Part shown: in pieces, positions 27,801 to 42,900 of the stretch | Numbering within the stretch: the first letter of the stretch is position 1 | Layout: each line of letters begins with the position of its first letter | Assembly (NCBI RefSeq): GCF_004010195.1 | Contig: NC_057756.1 | Coordinates: 1,495,476-1,559,475 of the forward strand | Length of the DNA: 64,000 bases | Origin: Chiloscyllium plagiosum | Lineage: Eukaryota | Direction of reading: 5' to 3' | The notes under the pieces: model-generated | Seen by the model: only the letters and a program-made list of their open reading frames with translations | Database searches by the model: none | What the model was told of the DNA's origin: nothing | Program-made: the position numbers and the translations under genes

Positions 27801-30800
27801 CTGGTTAAAGTAGAAAAGAATGAAATAAAAACAAATATCGTGTCTTCTGCGACCTGCCATTGTTATGAAACAGCAAATCGGATTTAATGCATTCAATATT
27901 TCTGAAATTATCGAAAACAGTGAGGAAAAAAAGAGAACAACACGTGTGAATTCTTTTAAACAGTATAATTGTGATTTGTGACATGCGGTCTTGAAATCGG
28001 TGGACAGCGGAAATCAGGCAGTCTGTTGACAACAGATATTTCAACATCAGCTTCCGTCGATTAATGCTAATGATATGATCTATGACATTCTGTTAACAAG
28101 TTTTAATCTTCAAGAATTGTATTATGTGCAATGAGTATCACTGTCGTAAATTACTTCAAATAGCAATAAAATCGATCCATTTCCAAAGTCAGGTAACATA
28201 TTTTAGTGAAGGTACCTTTACTAGATAGATCCATCTTCAAAGGTTCTAGCTCTGATATATGAAAAAATGACAAATTTAGTGCTTGATTTGTTTGCCCATA
28301 CCATTAAATTTGAAACAGTCGTTCAGTATTGTTGCAACTTTCAGTATGGTTACAGCATCACCAGCAGAAACGAATACAAAACTTTACGTCTATTCTCATT
28401 ACTATTGAATTTCGTTGCAGTGTCATCAATTGTCCACGTTAGTCATATACACAATTTGCACCATGATCCGTTAAAAGAGAACACAAATATCAATACCGGA
28501 TTGTTTATTGGAAACAGACATTGCTTCCTTTAATCTTTCCACTGTTTTCTTTGGATCCTTCTTCTTTACCCAGTTTGTGGTTTCTTACATTATGTTAGTA
28601 ATTCTGCATAAATGAACACCTAGTAGCCACGAATTACACGATTATTCCCCCACAGAAGATACCCGATTTGTTTTTTGCACAAGTTTAACATTGTCTATTG
28701 TTATCAATGGTAATAAATGACAATTGGCTTCAATGATTTACTTTGATTTAATTGTCAGGCTTCCTGAAACAAAGACATTAATTGAACTATATTTATCTAA
28801 TGCCGTTCGCGAAAATAATGATAATAAACATATCAATAGAGGTCATGGAATCATCAGCGATATGGCATATGATATCACCTCTTACATACTTTGCAGGGCA
28901 CTCTTAGTGTCGCATATATAAATAGAAACTATTCTAATTTCAAATTGTATTTGTAGAGGGACAATTTGAACAAACATGTATTAATCAAATGCCTGCTTAA
29001 TTGGATTGCCACGTATGAAAATATCTAGAAGCAGCATGCTGCAAGAGATCAATAAAATAAATAAAATGCGGATATCAAAACTATTGAATTGACATAAAAC
29101 GTTCAGAACATAAGATTTAAAGTAACGGATTAGTAAAATCAGGTGGTAACACAATCGATCCCCAGCCAATTTGTATTCATTCATTTGCTCTCGTGAACAT
29201 ATAAAGATTGAAAACTGGATTAGAACTCACTGCTTCATCATTTGAAACGAGATTTCTAAATGCTAATTAAGTCAATCAAGAAACCTTGTTACGTGAATTT
29301 TTCAGATACAGGCTTTCAAATTGCAGCATTATTCTTGTTCACTAGCTATGTGTAGAATAAAATTTTAACCTTTAACATTTCTCCACCCCCCCCAAAAAAA
29401 ACAAGAACTCTGACTAGGGCCTTCGTCCATGGGAATCAGAATGCCAATGATTTATGGCAAAAATGAATTTTGTGTTATAACCCTTAACCTGGAAAAAATG
29501 ATTTGATCTGATCTAATTTACTATTGTTACTGTCACATTGATAGAATTAGTCGATTGAATTCATTATTATTGTAGAGCTGTTTATAAAGATTTCCTGAAA
29601 ATATGCCCAAACGGAAGTTGTTTTATTAAATATTTTAGTTCAGAGGGAATGGGCTTAATTTTATGTCAATAACGTCTGCAAATAAGTCGTGGAATCATTT
29701 CATGCAACATTAAATTTGACATAACTTGTTTTTATCCTCAAACTATTAATGTAAATTTGTGTGCTGCGTAGTGACTCACGCACTGAGAAACAAAATTTGC
29801 CTATCACCAAAAAGGCACAAGTTTGAATTTATTTTCTACTCGTGCATTGCTCAATGCTTTTTCAAGCACAGGCTTGTAGCTTGACAGGTATGGAGGTTTG
29901 ATAATGCAGTTGATTTGGGGTTTGGGTGGTGGGGATGTAGAGATCACGTGCACTCATTTTGCTGGGATATGGGATACAGGGGTGATGAATAGGAAAGAGT
30001 GATAGATAAGAGAAACAAAATCATTTTGTAAAACAATGTAAGCAAATCAGTTAAAGGACAAGGCAGAATGGTAATTCTGAAGGGAGTTCATTAGGAACGA
30101 AATAATCTTGCAGTAACACATACGATTTAAAGCTGCTCACTCACACATAGGGATGTCATGATCTTGCTAACATCGAGACATGGTGGATTGAGGAAAGTAC
30201 TGGCAATTCCATGTTCTGAAGTACAGAAACTTCCCACTAATTGGAAGAGAGGAGCCTAAAATAGAGTCGCAAATTGTTCAAGAAGGGACTACAACAGTAG
30301 TTCGAACGGTATCTCAAAATGTATACAATGTTTTTTAAAAGGGCACTCATTTTGCCAAAGGCCTCCGGTAAAGAGCTCAAGAGCCAAGGTGAGATAATAA
30401 CACAGACTGAAGGGACATACCGGATTCATATTGATGTAATAAATTGGTCAACGTAGAGTATCTAAATTTCCCAATGTTAACTGGATTAAACAACATGCAA
30501 AAGGCGTGGAGGGGACAGAATTCTTAAAATGTGTCCAGCAGGGACTTTTAGCCAGAATGTTGAATGGGCTGTTAAAAACCTATGGATGTGAAATAAAAAA
30601 AAGAAAACCTCTGCTCATTAACAATAACGAAAATCCAAAATATTTTATAAGTATTTTATGCATAAGAAAGTAAAGAGTTAAAGAGTAAGGCTCATTACAA
30701 AGGCAGACATTCCTACTTAAGATATTAGGATCTCATGGATTCCAAGGAAATTTACAAATTAGATTTAAAATTAGCTAAGTGGTGATAAGAAAAAGAAGCG

Positions 30801-33800
30801 GTGAATGGCATTATTGTGACTGGAAACCAATCTCCAGTAACATAGAACAGGATTTGATGCACAGTCCATTATTTTATATGAACACGTTGATGAACTAGTC
30901 ATTAAAATAGGAAATGTGATCTGTAAGCTGAAACATGATGGAAGCAACATGGGATGTTAAATATCGATGATGAAAGCCTTAGTCTGCAAGATGATATGGA
31001 TAACTTGGTAAAAGTGTGTAAGCGTTGGCAAATTGAAATTACTGATGAACACTAGGAAGTGAAGATTTATGATAAAATAAACAGCACAAACAAATTATGC
31101 TTCTAAGTTGGACTTGTTCAGAGGATATGGGTAGCGACCCTTGTCTGAAAGACCAAAGATGTTTTGGCTTTTGTAATGTCGCGTGGACTGTATCTGTTTA
31201 AAGCCACCAAATGTGCAAATAAAATTGACGAAATTTACCTTTCTTTTTTTGACTCAGTTCTTCCTCTGTTAAACAAATGGATTGTACATTACATACAACG
31301 ACAGAATATTGCATACGCTGAACATCCGACGTAATTTGTGTGAGCTGAAAAAACGTTTTAGTTTTGGGCGGGAAAGAAGAAGTCTGACATCAATTTAACG
31401 ACCTTTTGTTAAAATTTATGAGAACGAGAGATATTTAATTTGATGGATGGAATCAGTGCGCTGACGATTTTATTTTAAGAAAAAGATCAATGTATCTTCG
31501 AGATGAGCAAAATGACTGATACAATCCTCAGTGGTGAAGAAACAAAGACGTTTAATAGCGTGCATGGCGCAGCAGCAAAATCCATGTCAAAATGAGGCAT
31601 TAATTCGAACAAAAATTACATGAATGCTATATAAAAGGAGCACGGCAAAAAGAAGAACTGACAGAAAAGGGTGAAGAAAAACGTGAAGGAATAAAAATAA
31701 CAGAAAAAAGATGCATGAGTATATTATAATTTTAACTTGTGAAACTCAATTTCAAACACAAAACGTTTACAAACCACATGCTATTTTACAGGGAGGAAAT
31801 TAAAATCAAACTATGAATGCTCCTGGCTTCAGGATGGAAGAATTTGCTGTTGAATTATATGACAATCAGGAAAATTGTAATCCGAAAGGAACCACTACTA
31901 TGCTTCAGAAATTAATGCACAACTTTATGAATTTGATGACAATGATTGGGAGTTGCATACATTAAGGCGAAGCAAGGACTTTTTTTTTCTCTTATCTAAT
32001 CATGCGCTGTCGTTCTCACTGGGTGGATCAACACTTAATGCAGATTGCTCATTACATGTAAGAAGGTGGTAGTGAACTATCTTCATGAAACTCTGAAGTT
32101 AAAAAAGTTAGATTGAATTACATCCAGTGGTACTTAAGCAAAGGCGATTTGTTTAAATGTCTGGAGAGTAGGTAGTGTTGCAGGGGATCTCGAAGGTGGT
32201 GACATTGCCACATATCTACCGCCATTTTCCTTCATGATTACATTGGTCATCAGTTTGCTAGGTGCTGTTTAATGACGACTGCTGAATTCTGTGTGGTGTA
32301 AATTCATCTGTTGTGGATTGACAATATATTTGCGGGTCTTGTGCTAACCAAGTACAAGCTGTGTTCTCATGGTCTGCCAAATTTCTTGATTCCTGTTGCG
32401 CTGTAGATCGTTTCAGCAGTGGGTACTTTTCTGCCACAGTCATGTCATCAGACTGCATGGTTGAAGAGGATGTTGAGAGACACAAGGAAAGTAAGCTGTC
32501 TAAATATTTCTATCCAGCGATTGTTCTTGTAATCCCAAACACAATAGACAATAGGTGCAGGAGTAGGCCATTCTGCCTTTTGAGCATGCACCGCCATTCA
32601 ATATGATCATGGCTGATCATCCTCAATCAGTATCCTGTTCCTGCCTTATCTCCATAACCCTTGATTCCACTACCCTTGAGAGATCTATCCAACTCTTTCT
32701 TAAACGAATCCAGAGACTGGGCCTCCACTACCTTCTGAGGCAGAGCATTCCACACAGCCAGCACTCTCTGGGTACAGAAGTTTGTCCTCATCTCTGTCCT
32801 AAATGGCCTACCCCTTATTTTTAAGCTGTGTCCTCTGGTTCGGGACTCACCCATCAGCGGAAACATGTTTCCTGCCTCCAGAGTGTCCAATCCTTTAGTA
32901 ATCTTATATGTTTCAATCAGATCTCCTCTCAGTCTTCTAAACTCAACGATACACATGCCCAGTTCCTCCAATCTTTCAACATTAGATAGTCCTACCATTC
33001 CAGGAATTGACCTCGTGAACATACGCTGCACTCCCTCAATAGCCAGAAGTTCTTTCCTCAAATCTGGAGACCAGAACTGCACACAATATTCCAGGTGCTG
33101 TCTCACCAGGGCCCTGTACAGCTGCAGAAGAAACTCTTTGCTTCTATACTCAATTCCTCTTGTTATGAAGGCCAGCATGCTATTAGTTTTCTTCACTACC
33201 TGCTGTACCTGAATGCTTGCCTTCATTGACTGGTGCACAAGAACACCCAGATCTCTTTGTACTGCCCCTTTATCTAACTTACTCCATTTAGGTAGTAATC
33301 TGCCTTCCTGTTCTTGCCACCAAAGTGGATAACCATACATTTATCCACATTAAACCATACATTTATCCTGATTAAGACAAAAAAGGATAACTGCGATAGT
33401 TACGTCATCAGGTCAGATACGGTTGGTTTACAAAAATATAGAAATCCAATCAGGTGTTTGTAATAAGCAATGATTACAACGGTGAATAGCCAACACAAAG
33501 AACGTATAACTGATGCTTTAAAGTATAATGGCCATGGTAATTTGATCACAGTAAAACTGGGTTGCTGGCCTATTCACTGAAAGTAAGAGATAAAACTTAC
33601 AAAATGAAAATATGCACTGAAAGAGGATAAATTGGCATTTGAAAAGTGTGGACTCCTTAAAAACATATTAATGCTATTTTCCGGATCAGGGTAAGGGAAG
33701 TAGTGTGAGAACAAGAAGAAGAGGAGTCGTTCAAATTAGTAGTTGCATAGTCAAAACGTTTTGGAACTCGTATTTTTCCAATTGCCAGAGGTGAAGACAT

Positions 33801-36800
33801 GCTATAAAAATTTTGGTGATGATAGATAAATGAATCTGGTGTAAGGATAATGTTTGATCAAAAGAGTCATTAGTATTGAAAACAGAATGTTCAATACATG
33901 TGTACAGCAGCACAATACAGGGATCCCCCACTATACAAAAGTAGAGCATTTCTATTAATCCTTTCTTAAGCTGAAATGGCATAAAGCGAAGAAGCATTCA
34001 TTCAATTTGAAAAAAAAATCGCCTGTTTTCATCGAAGTCAAAATCCTGTTTGGACTTCTTTTAGTTAGAAAAACAGGTACTAATGTAAGTCTTTTTTGCA
34101 AAAGCTAAGTGGTGTAAAGTGAACTTCGGAAAGTGGGGCACTCCTATACTTTGAATAACTTTCCTCTGAGAATCGACATGTTTGGAACTGCGACAGGATC
34201 TGAAATATTGTGATGTTTCTGCCTCTACCAGATATCTTTTAAAAAATTGTCTTTTTCAATGTCATCAATCACATGTTCACTAAGCATTGTTGTGTCTTTC
34301 TTTACCCATTTGGAAATCTGTGTTGCCTTATACAGTTGATACATTTTTATTTATTCACAGATATCTCCACCCTATATCAGCTCTTCAGTTCGGCATTTCA
34401 TCATTTTCCAATACTTATAATATTAACAATTGCTTTTTTGGTGCTTTCTTACCAGTATCTTTGAGACTCTGGCGCAGATTTTCAAGACCTGAAAGGAACC
34501 AAAGGATTTTAAATTCAGCTAACTGCACATTTATTTAATTTATGACAACAGTTTCATATTTGTAAACAAATATATGTAATGAGAGGTTCAACTATAATGC
34601 AAAATTGCAAATCTTCCCCAACAATTCAGTGTGGAAGAAAACGTTTGGCATGTTTATCAGGGCCAGCACCGCCTTTTCTACCTTCATATTCATGTCTGAT
34701 ATTAATTTTGCATTACTTGGCGTGATATCCGCAGTTTTAACATGTTAAGACGGGAAATGTAGCAACACCATCAAATTATTTTAAAATCAATCGTCTGCTC
34801 CTGACAGACGATCAGTTATTTTTGAGCTTAAGGGTTACTGAAGCTATCTAGCATTGGTCACAATGAAGAGTAATTATGATAATTGATTAAAAGCTACTCT
34901 TTGAGAATGTTTTTTTTGGGATGGGAAATAATTTAGAGCACAAAACTTTACTAGTCTGTAACAGGATTTACACCCTACGTTTGTGATGTGTATATATGTG
35001 TTTGACAAACAATGTCCGATTGACAATCAGAGACAACTTTCCATACAAGTAATAGACATTTATATGAAGTGTACATTCTTGTTATTAGAACCAAGAACAC
35101 AGCACATACAACAGTACAGTGCAGAAACATCCCCCTCTGCCTATCATGCCCGTTTTGAACATAATGCCATTCGAAATTAATCTGTTCTTCCTGCACATGA
35201 TCTGTCTCCTTGTATTTCTTGAGGTACAGGCCTCTGTAGAGGTGCCTCTTAAAATTTACTGACTGATCTGCTTTTGTCACTCCCCCTATTAAAATATTCC
35301 AGCTACCTACCACTCTCTTTATGACACAAAAAACTTCTTTTAACACATTAGCTTTAAACCGTTCCTTCTCATGTTGAACTGATACCATCTAATATTTGGC
35401 ATTTAAACTCGGGAAGAAAGAGATGTAACGGATATATTATCCTAAAGATTCATTGAATATTTTTATATAATTCTATCCGTTCACCACTTCGCCTTAGAAT
35501 CTCCATCTCCTCTGCACATGTCTAATTTGCTTCAACCCAAGCAAAATCCACACAAATCACTTTTGCGCCTTCTCCAAAGACTCTCCATCCCGCCTATAAT
35601 GCGGGTCACAGATTGAAGACAACATTCTGAAACTGGCTGGACTAAAACATTTTGCAGTTGCAACATGACTTAACAAATTTTATACTCAATGCTGCAACGG
35701 ATGAAGGCAAGCGTATAACATTATTCATTTCTTTTGCCCCTTCCTAAGAGCTATTAATTGATCCCGAGCTCTCTGTCTAAATCACTGCAGTGAAAATGCC
35801 TGTCATTGCCTATGTGCTTTCCTTTTGCACTTGACCTCCAGAAAGGCATCACATTACATTTGTCCAGATTAAACTCTGTCCATCATTCCAACTGTTCTGT
35901 ACTTCCATACATTTCTACAGTGTTCAGAACTCCATTGTTTTTTCAAGACATTTGAATGCTTGCTAATCAAACGATCTACATGTTAATCTAATAAAATTTA
36001 ATACCATGCTTTATTTTTTTTTCATTTTTAGTTAATGAATTGATGTTGGATTGATTTGGCAATTAGTCATTCAGAGTACAATGTCAGATTTCCAAAATAG
36101 CAACGCTGATTTATATTTTGGTAACAATTAGATGTGATATAAAAAGAAATCCAGTATAATTGTTGTATCCAAATGAATAATTTTTCTAAACGCATGTCAT
36201 CCTTTATGATTATTCTGACTGACCTCGCAGTTCAGAAGTCACGTAAGCTACTTGTCTTTCTTATAATGGTAATCGAGACAAAAACAAGTAAGGTAGCTTC
36301 AAGTATTAAGTCATTTTGACTTCGTTGTGTTCAGCTTATGTTGGGAAGGAGAAAATAGATCAGAGTAGGAAAAATAAATAATAGATGCCCCACTGTTTTC
36401 ATGTATTAAGAAGTTAATTCGCTCGTTAGCTTTGGAATTCTGGAACATTAAGCTTCCGTTCTTAACACTTTAACTGATTTCCACGAAAATTAGAAGTGTA
36501 AAATTCTTCAGTAACAATATTTACATTAAAGCTTTCCAGTGATTTTATCTAGTAAATGAAACATATTAAAACTAAACTCAGTTTCCAAAAGAAACATTCG
36601 TTCATATTGCAAGGTGATACATGTTATTTAGAATGTAACATGAAATTTCAATGATTGCCTTCCAATACAGCTCGTAGTTCTGTAAAAAGTTGCTCCAGAC
36701 AAATGATCATTAAATTCGACATATTCTGGGAAAGATTACGAACAAAAACAACTTTGGAAATGTTAATCTACTTCAACACTAGATTACATTATTGGTACTC

Positions 36801-36842
36801 TTTTGTGACGTTGCAATGCAAGTTTATTCGATGGTGTGTGTG

Positions 36843-36904
<62 letters not shown>

Positions 36905-39900
36905 CAAACACACACACACATATGCATGGTATTTGTGATACTGAGCAAGCTAACGATAACTTTGTTTTGTCCCATGCAAACGTGCATCGCATTTATTATC
37001 CTGATATGGAAGTCTCTCATTTTATTACTTATGCAGTTTTTTTTCAGAAATTCCCTTTTTATACCTGAAATTAAGAAAGATGATACATTGATGATGACAC
37101 AGAATAAACAAAGGACCTCAGATATGTTTTCATTGCAAGTTGAAAGTTATATTACAATCCCTATAGTGAAGTGTAATTCTAGTAAACACATAATTCCTTT
37201 ACCTTTATCTTTCATCTGCAGCCTTTCTTCTATTTAAATGAACAATAGTATGTATTAGATCTGATTTGAACACATTCTTTAATCTAATAGCAGAAACACA
37301 TATGCACAAACCAACTGAAATAGAAAAAAAACTATCGTTCAATTACTGAACTGAAAACAATAAACTAATTTCATAAGAAATGTTAATCACTTTGCACTCT
37401 TACTATGTTGTAATAATCAGAAGTACAATTCGAATTGTTCATCAAGCATGATGCAGATCAACACCACCGTAAGTGCAATGTTTTTAGACTTTTTTGATTA
37501 GTTAGAGCACATGAATTCATTAATCTGCCTGTCTCAGTTTAAAAGATCATCCGTGCGTGATATTCGCTTTCTGATAGAAGTTGGATTACATCTTCTACCT
37601 TGCTTTTGGATATAACATACGTTGTTTTGGTTCAAAAGCTCATATGGCAATTAATTATGCAACAGGAAATCGTACAATTTTGTAATGTGACAAGAAGCTT
37701 ATCACTCCAGGCTTGGTGATGTCAAAACCGTGTATCTTGACCAAGTTGCATTAATATGCTAAATGATAAATAGATTAATTGCCTACAATATTTTGAAGAA
37801 AACTAATGCGCAGTCAGCAAATTAGAAGGCTTAAGGTGGTGAAGGAAACTGTAATGCTGGCAGTTAATGCTGAGCAACCAGAAATCATTGCACACGTTGG
37901 CACAAATGACACAGGTAGGAATAGGAATGAGATCCTGCAGAGTGACTACGGAGAGCTAGTAAAAAGAAAAGTTAAGAACCATGACCTCGTTAGTGAGAAT
38001 CTTTGGACTACCTCCAGTGCCACGAGATAGTGATGATAAGAAAAGAGGGTATAGCAAAAAAATGCGTGTCTAAAGAAATCGTGCACGCAGCCGGGATTCA
38101 CATTTCTAGAATATCAGGATACTTTCTGGGGTAGGGGTGACATGTTCAAGAGGGATGGGTTGCACCTGAACTGGAATATCTTGGGGACCAAATTTGTTCA
38201 TGCTGCAAGCGTAGGTTTAAACGAGACCGTCGTGCGGGCGTGGTGTTGTGTGGGATCATCACAACATAGAACATAGAACACAGAGCATAACAGCGCAGTA
38301 CAGCCCCATTGTCCCTCGATGTTGCAGCAACCTGTGGAACCAAACTGAAACCCATCTTTCTGACACTCTTCCATTGTTGTCAATATGCAAGAGAATTAAT
38401 ATTGTTGGCGAGTCTACTACTGTTGCAGGCAGTGTGTTCTACGCCCCGACTAATCTCTGAGTAAAGAAACTACTTCTAACATCTGTCCTACATCTATCAC
38501 CCCTCAATTGAAAGCTATGTCCCCTCATGCTAGCCATCGCATCCGAGGTAAAAGGCTCTCTTTTTCCAAACTATCTAACCCTCTGATTATCTTATACATC
38601 TCAAATAATTCGCCTATCAACCTTTTTCTCCCAAACTAAAATAGCGTCGTGTCCCTCAGCTTTTCATTCTAAGACCTTCTCTACATACTAGGCAATATGC
38701 AAGTAAACACACCATACAGCTTCGTAATAGCCCTTTCAACTTGTCTGGCAACTTCCACAGATCTATGTACCTGTACACCGAGATCTCCCTGCTAATCTAT
38801 GCTACAAAGAATATTGTTATTAGCCCAATAATCTTCATTCCTGTTATTCCTTCCAAAGTGAATCACCTCACACTTTTCCACATTAAACTCAATTTTCCAC
38901 CTCTCAGCCCAGCTCTGCACCTTGGGACAAGTAACCATAGTTCTATAAATATTAAAATACTTCCAGAGAGCGACAAAACTAAATTAGAGTAAAACGAATT
39001 TTAATAAAATTAGACAGGATCTCGTTCAGGTTGATTGGACTAGTTTGCTTGCAGTTAGAGACACATCTGACAAGTGGGAGTCCTTTAAAAGTAAGGTAGC
39101 CAGAGATCAATGTCTATGTGTTCCCGTGAGGGTGAAGTGTAAGTTTGGAAAGAACAGTGAAGCCTATTGAATCTTTTAACAGAAGAAGAAAGAAGGAGAC
39201 GTGGCTCATGTACAGGCAGCTGAGATCAAAGAAATATCTGGAGGTACATAGGAATTTTAGGATTTATTGAAGAAGAAAATCAGGAGGTCGAAAAGGCGGA
39301 ATTAAATAGGCATGACTCAGATGAATCCAAAGAGGTATGTAATGTATATCAAAGGAAAAATTAAAGAATAACTAGGGAGAGGACCATCAATGATCAATAT
39401 GGACATGTACGAATAGAACCGTAGGAGGTGGGAGAGGTTCTCAATGAATATTTCTGCTCTGTGTTTAGCATGTAGAAATACTTAGACATTTGGGGAATTA
39501 GTCATGATATCTTGTGCACAGACCATATACAGTCGAGGAGGTGTTGGATGTCAAATGAAGGAGGACAAATCTGCTGGTCCTGACCAGATATATCCAAAAA
39601 CACTGCCAGAGGCTAGAGAAGAAATTGCAAGGGCCTTGGCTGATATTTTTGCATCATCATTAGCCACGAGTGAGATCCGAGAAAGCTGTCGGGTAACCAG
39701 TGTTGTGCAATTATTGAAGAAGGGCTGCAGTGAAAAGTCTGGGAACGATAGACCAATAACCTCAACAACTGTGGTTTGGAAGTTATTTGAGAAGATACTG
39801 AGCGATAAGATGGACATGCATTTGAAAATAAAAAATGGTTTGTTTAGGACTAGTTAGCAGGTTTTGTGAGTGACACATCATAGAACAGAGAACGTAGAAC

Positions 39901-42900
39901 AGTACAGCACAAACCAGCTCTTCGGCCAACGATGTTGTGCCGAGCATTTATCTTAAGAGCAATCTAACCTGCACTCCCCTCAATTTACTGCCATTCATAC
40001 GCTTGCCCAGCAGTCACTTAAATGTCCCTAATGTCCCTGACTCTACTACCACTGCTGGCAGTGCATTCTATGTCCCAACCACTCTCTGAATAAAGAACCT
40101 ACTCTGACAACTCCCCGTATCCTCCTCCATTCACGTTAAATTTATGACCCCACATGACAGCCATTTCTTTCCTGGGGAAATGAATATGGGCATATTATCT
40201 ATCTATGTCTCTTATTACCTTCTACACATATTTCAATTCACCTCTGTTCGTTTTCCTTTCCAGTGTGAAAAGTCCAAGCTAATGCAACCTCTCTTCATAA
40301 GACAAACCCTCCAAACCAGGCAGCATCCTGGTAACTCTCTTCTGCACTTGTCGAAAGTATCTACATCCTTCCTATTATGAGGCGACCAGAACTGGACACA
40401 ATATTCCAAATGTGTTCTAACCAGGGCATAAAACCTCATGGCTCTTAAGCTGAATGTTAATGAAAGACAAAACACCATACTCCTTCTTAGCAATTTTATC
40501 AACTTGAAAGGCAACTTTGAGGAATATATATACGTGGACCCCAAGATCTCGCTTTTCCTCCATATTGCCAAGAATCCTGTCTTTAACACTATTTTCAACA
40601 TTCAAATTTCGAACTTCCAAAATGATTCACATTACATTCATTCAGTTTGAATTCCTTTCAGTCACCTTTCAGACCAGACCTGCATCCTGCCAATACCTCG
40701 CATGTCTCACCAGTCCGTCAGCATTCTTTTAAGGAAGTGATCAGGAAGGTTGACGAGGGCAGGATGGTAGACGTACTCCGTTTGAATTTCAGTAAGGCCT
40801 TTCGTAAGGTTCTACATGCAAGGCTGCTTTGGAAGCTTAGATCGCATGCAATCCAGGGCGAGCTGGCAAACTGGATACAAAATTGGCTGGATGATAGGTA
40901 GCAGGGGCTAATAGCGGAAGGATGCTTTTCAGTCTGGAAGCCTGTATCAAGTGGAGTGCTGCAGAGGGCAAAGTGTTGGTCCCATTACTGTTTGTTATTT
41001 ACATCAATGATTTAATGAGAATGTACAAGGCATGATTAGCAAGTTTTTCTGACATCATTAAAATAGGCGGTAAATATAGACAGTGATGAAGATTATCAAA
41101 TATTGAAGCAGTACGTTGGTCAGCTGGGGAAGTGTGCTGACAAATGACAAACTGAGTTTAAATTAGATAAGTTTGACGGCTTGTATTTGGAAACATAAAA
41201 CAAAGTGGGAGTTTTATGGTGAATGGCAGGGCCTAAGGGGTGTAGTGGAACAGAGGATCTTGGAGTTTGGCTTTATAGTTTTCTGAAAGTGGAGTCACAA
41301 ACAGATTAAGCAGTGACATAAGCTTTCGGAACACTGTCCTTTATCAGTCATCAAACTGAGTATAGAAGTGTCAAAGTTATGCTACAGTTAAATAGGACAT
41401 CGGTAGGCTGTGCTTGGTGTATTTTGTTCAGTTTTGGTCACCTTGTTATAGGAAGGATGCCATTAAACTGGAAGGAAAGCGGAAGATATTTACAAGAATG
41501 TTGCCTGGCCTCTATTCAATGGTTGGAGTTATAGGGAGTGGTTGGACAAGGTAGGACTTCTTTCTTCAGCACTAAGGAGACTGAAGGGGAAACTAATAGA
41601 AGTGTACAAGATCGTGATAGGCATAGTTAGGGTGAATGCACTGAGTCTTTTTCTCAGGGTTGGAGAATCGAGGACTGGACAGCACCAGTTTAAGTTAAGA
41701 AGTGGAAGAATAAAAGGGAACCTGAGGGACAACTGTTTTATTACACAGAGGGTAGAATGCATATGGAATGAGTTGCCCGTGGAAATGGTTGATTTCCCCA
41801 CATTAACAGCATTTAAAAGGCATTTGGACAAATACATGGTTCTGAACGGTTTAGAAGCATATGGGCCAAGGTCAGAGGTATGAGGTTAGCTTGGATGGAC
41901 ATTTAGCTCGGTATGGACCAGTTTATGCCCAAGGGCCTGTCTCCATCCTTTAGGACTCGATAACCCCATAACAATTGTGGGTCATAAATGTACATAACGG
42001 AATCACACTGAAAGGACGATTTTCTTCCTCTGCTGAAGGTGGGTAATAGTAGAGATACACACACAAGAAACGTAACTGAACAAATATCTAAAAAGATCAG
42101 GGCAGAAAAACACTGGAATGAATGAAACAAAGGAGGATATTCATATTAAGACAATAAATGATATCTATAAAAGTTGTCATGAATATGTGTTAAGAAAACT
42201 GTATGGGAAAAATCTGCTGGAATGAGCTTCACATTAGCACAAATATTTGAGGCGGAAATCTGTCATACAAAGAGTTAAACACAATTATGGTTACTGAGGA
42301 ATGATTTTAGGAAAAGCAGAAGTTGGAACTGAATGTGGTAATACGTATTTATTTTCATATAGATATATTGCAAAGTGACAATGTTGAATAGCTTTAATTA
42401 TAAAGTATAACTTAAATTTCAAAAAGGCACAGCTAATGAACGATAGTACTCAAATACCAATCAATTCATAGTAATAAAACAATTAAATGGAAACATGATA
42501 AGCTTATACGTAAACTTCAGACCACTTCATAGATGCAACTGTAAAGGAAACTGTAAAGCATTGCTCTACTTTGGAGAGACCGGACACATTCTCACAGAGT
42601 GCTTCAGAGAACATCTCTGGGACACCGCACCAATCAACCCCACCACCCGTGGTTGAACATTTCAACTCCCCTTCCCACTCTGCAAAGGGCATGCAGATCC
42701 TGGGCCTCCTTCATCACCACTCCCTGACCACCTGACGTCTTGGCGAAGAATGCCTCGTCTTCCTCTTCGGGACGTTTCAACCCCATGGTATCAATGTGGA
42801 CTTCACCAGTTTCCTTATTTACCCTTCCCCATCTTTCCCCAGTTCCAACGTCTCAGCTCAGCACCATCCTCATGAGCTGTCACACTTGACAATCTTCCTT

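Larger units (their letters stand above)
37830..41965 (+). mobile_element. Near full-length degenerate CR1 (ORF1 esterase to RT 3' end), interrupted by two antisense CR1 fragments
   Basis: QPEIIAHVGTNDTGR (SGNH-esterase ORF1), KSAGPDQIYPKTL, LNFSKAFRKVLHARLL, RRLKGKLIEVYKI...WNELP...FKRHLDKYM. Confidence 0.9.
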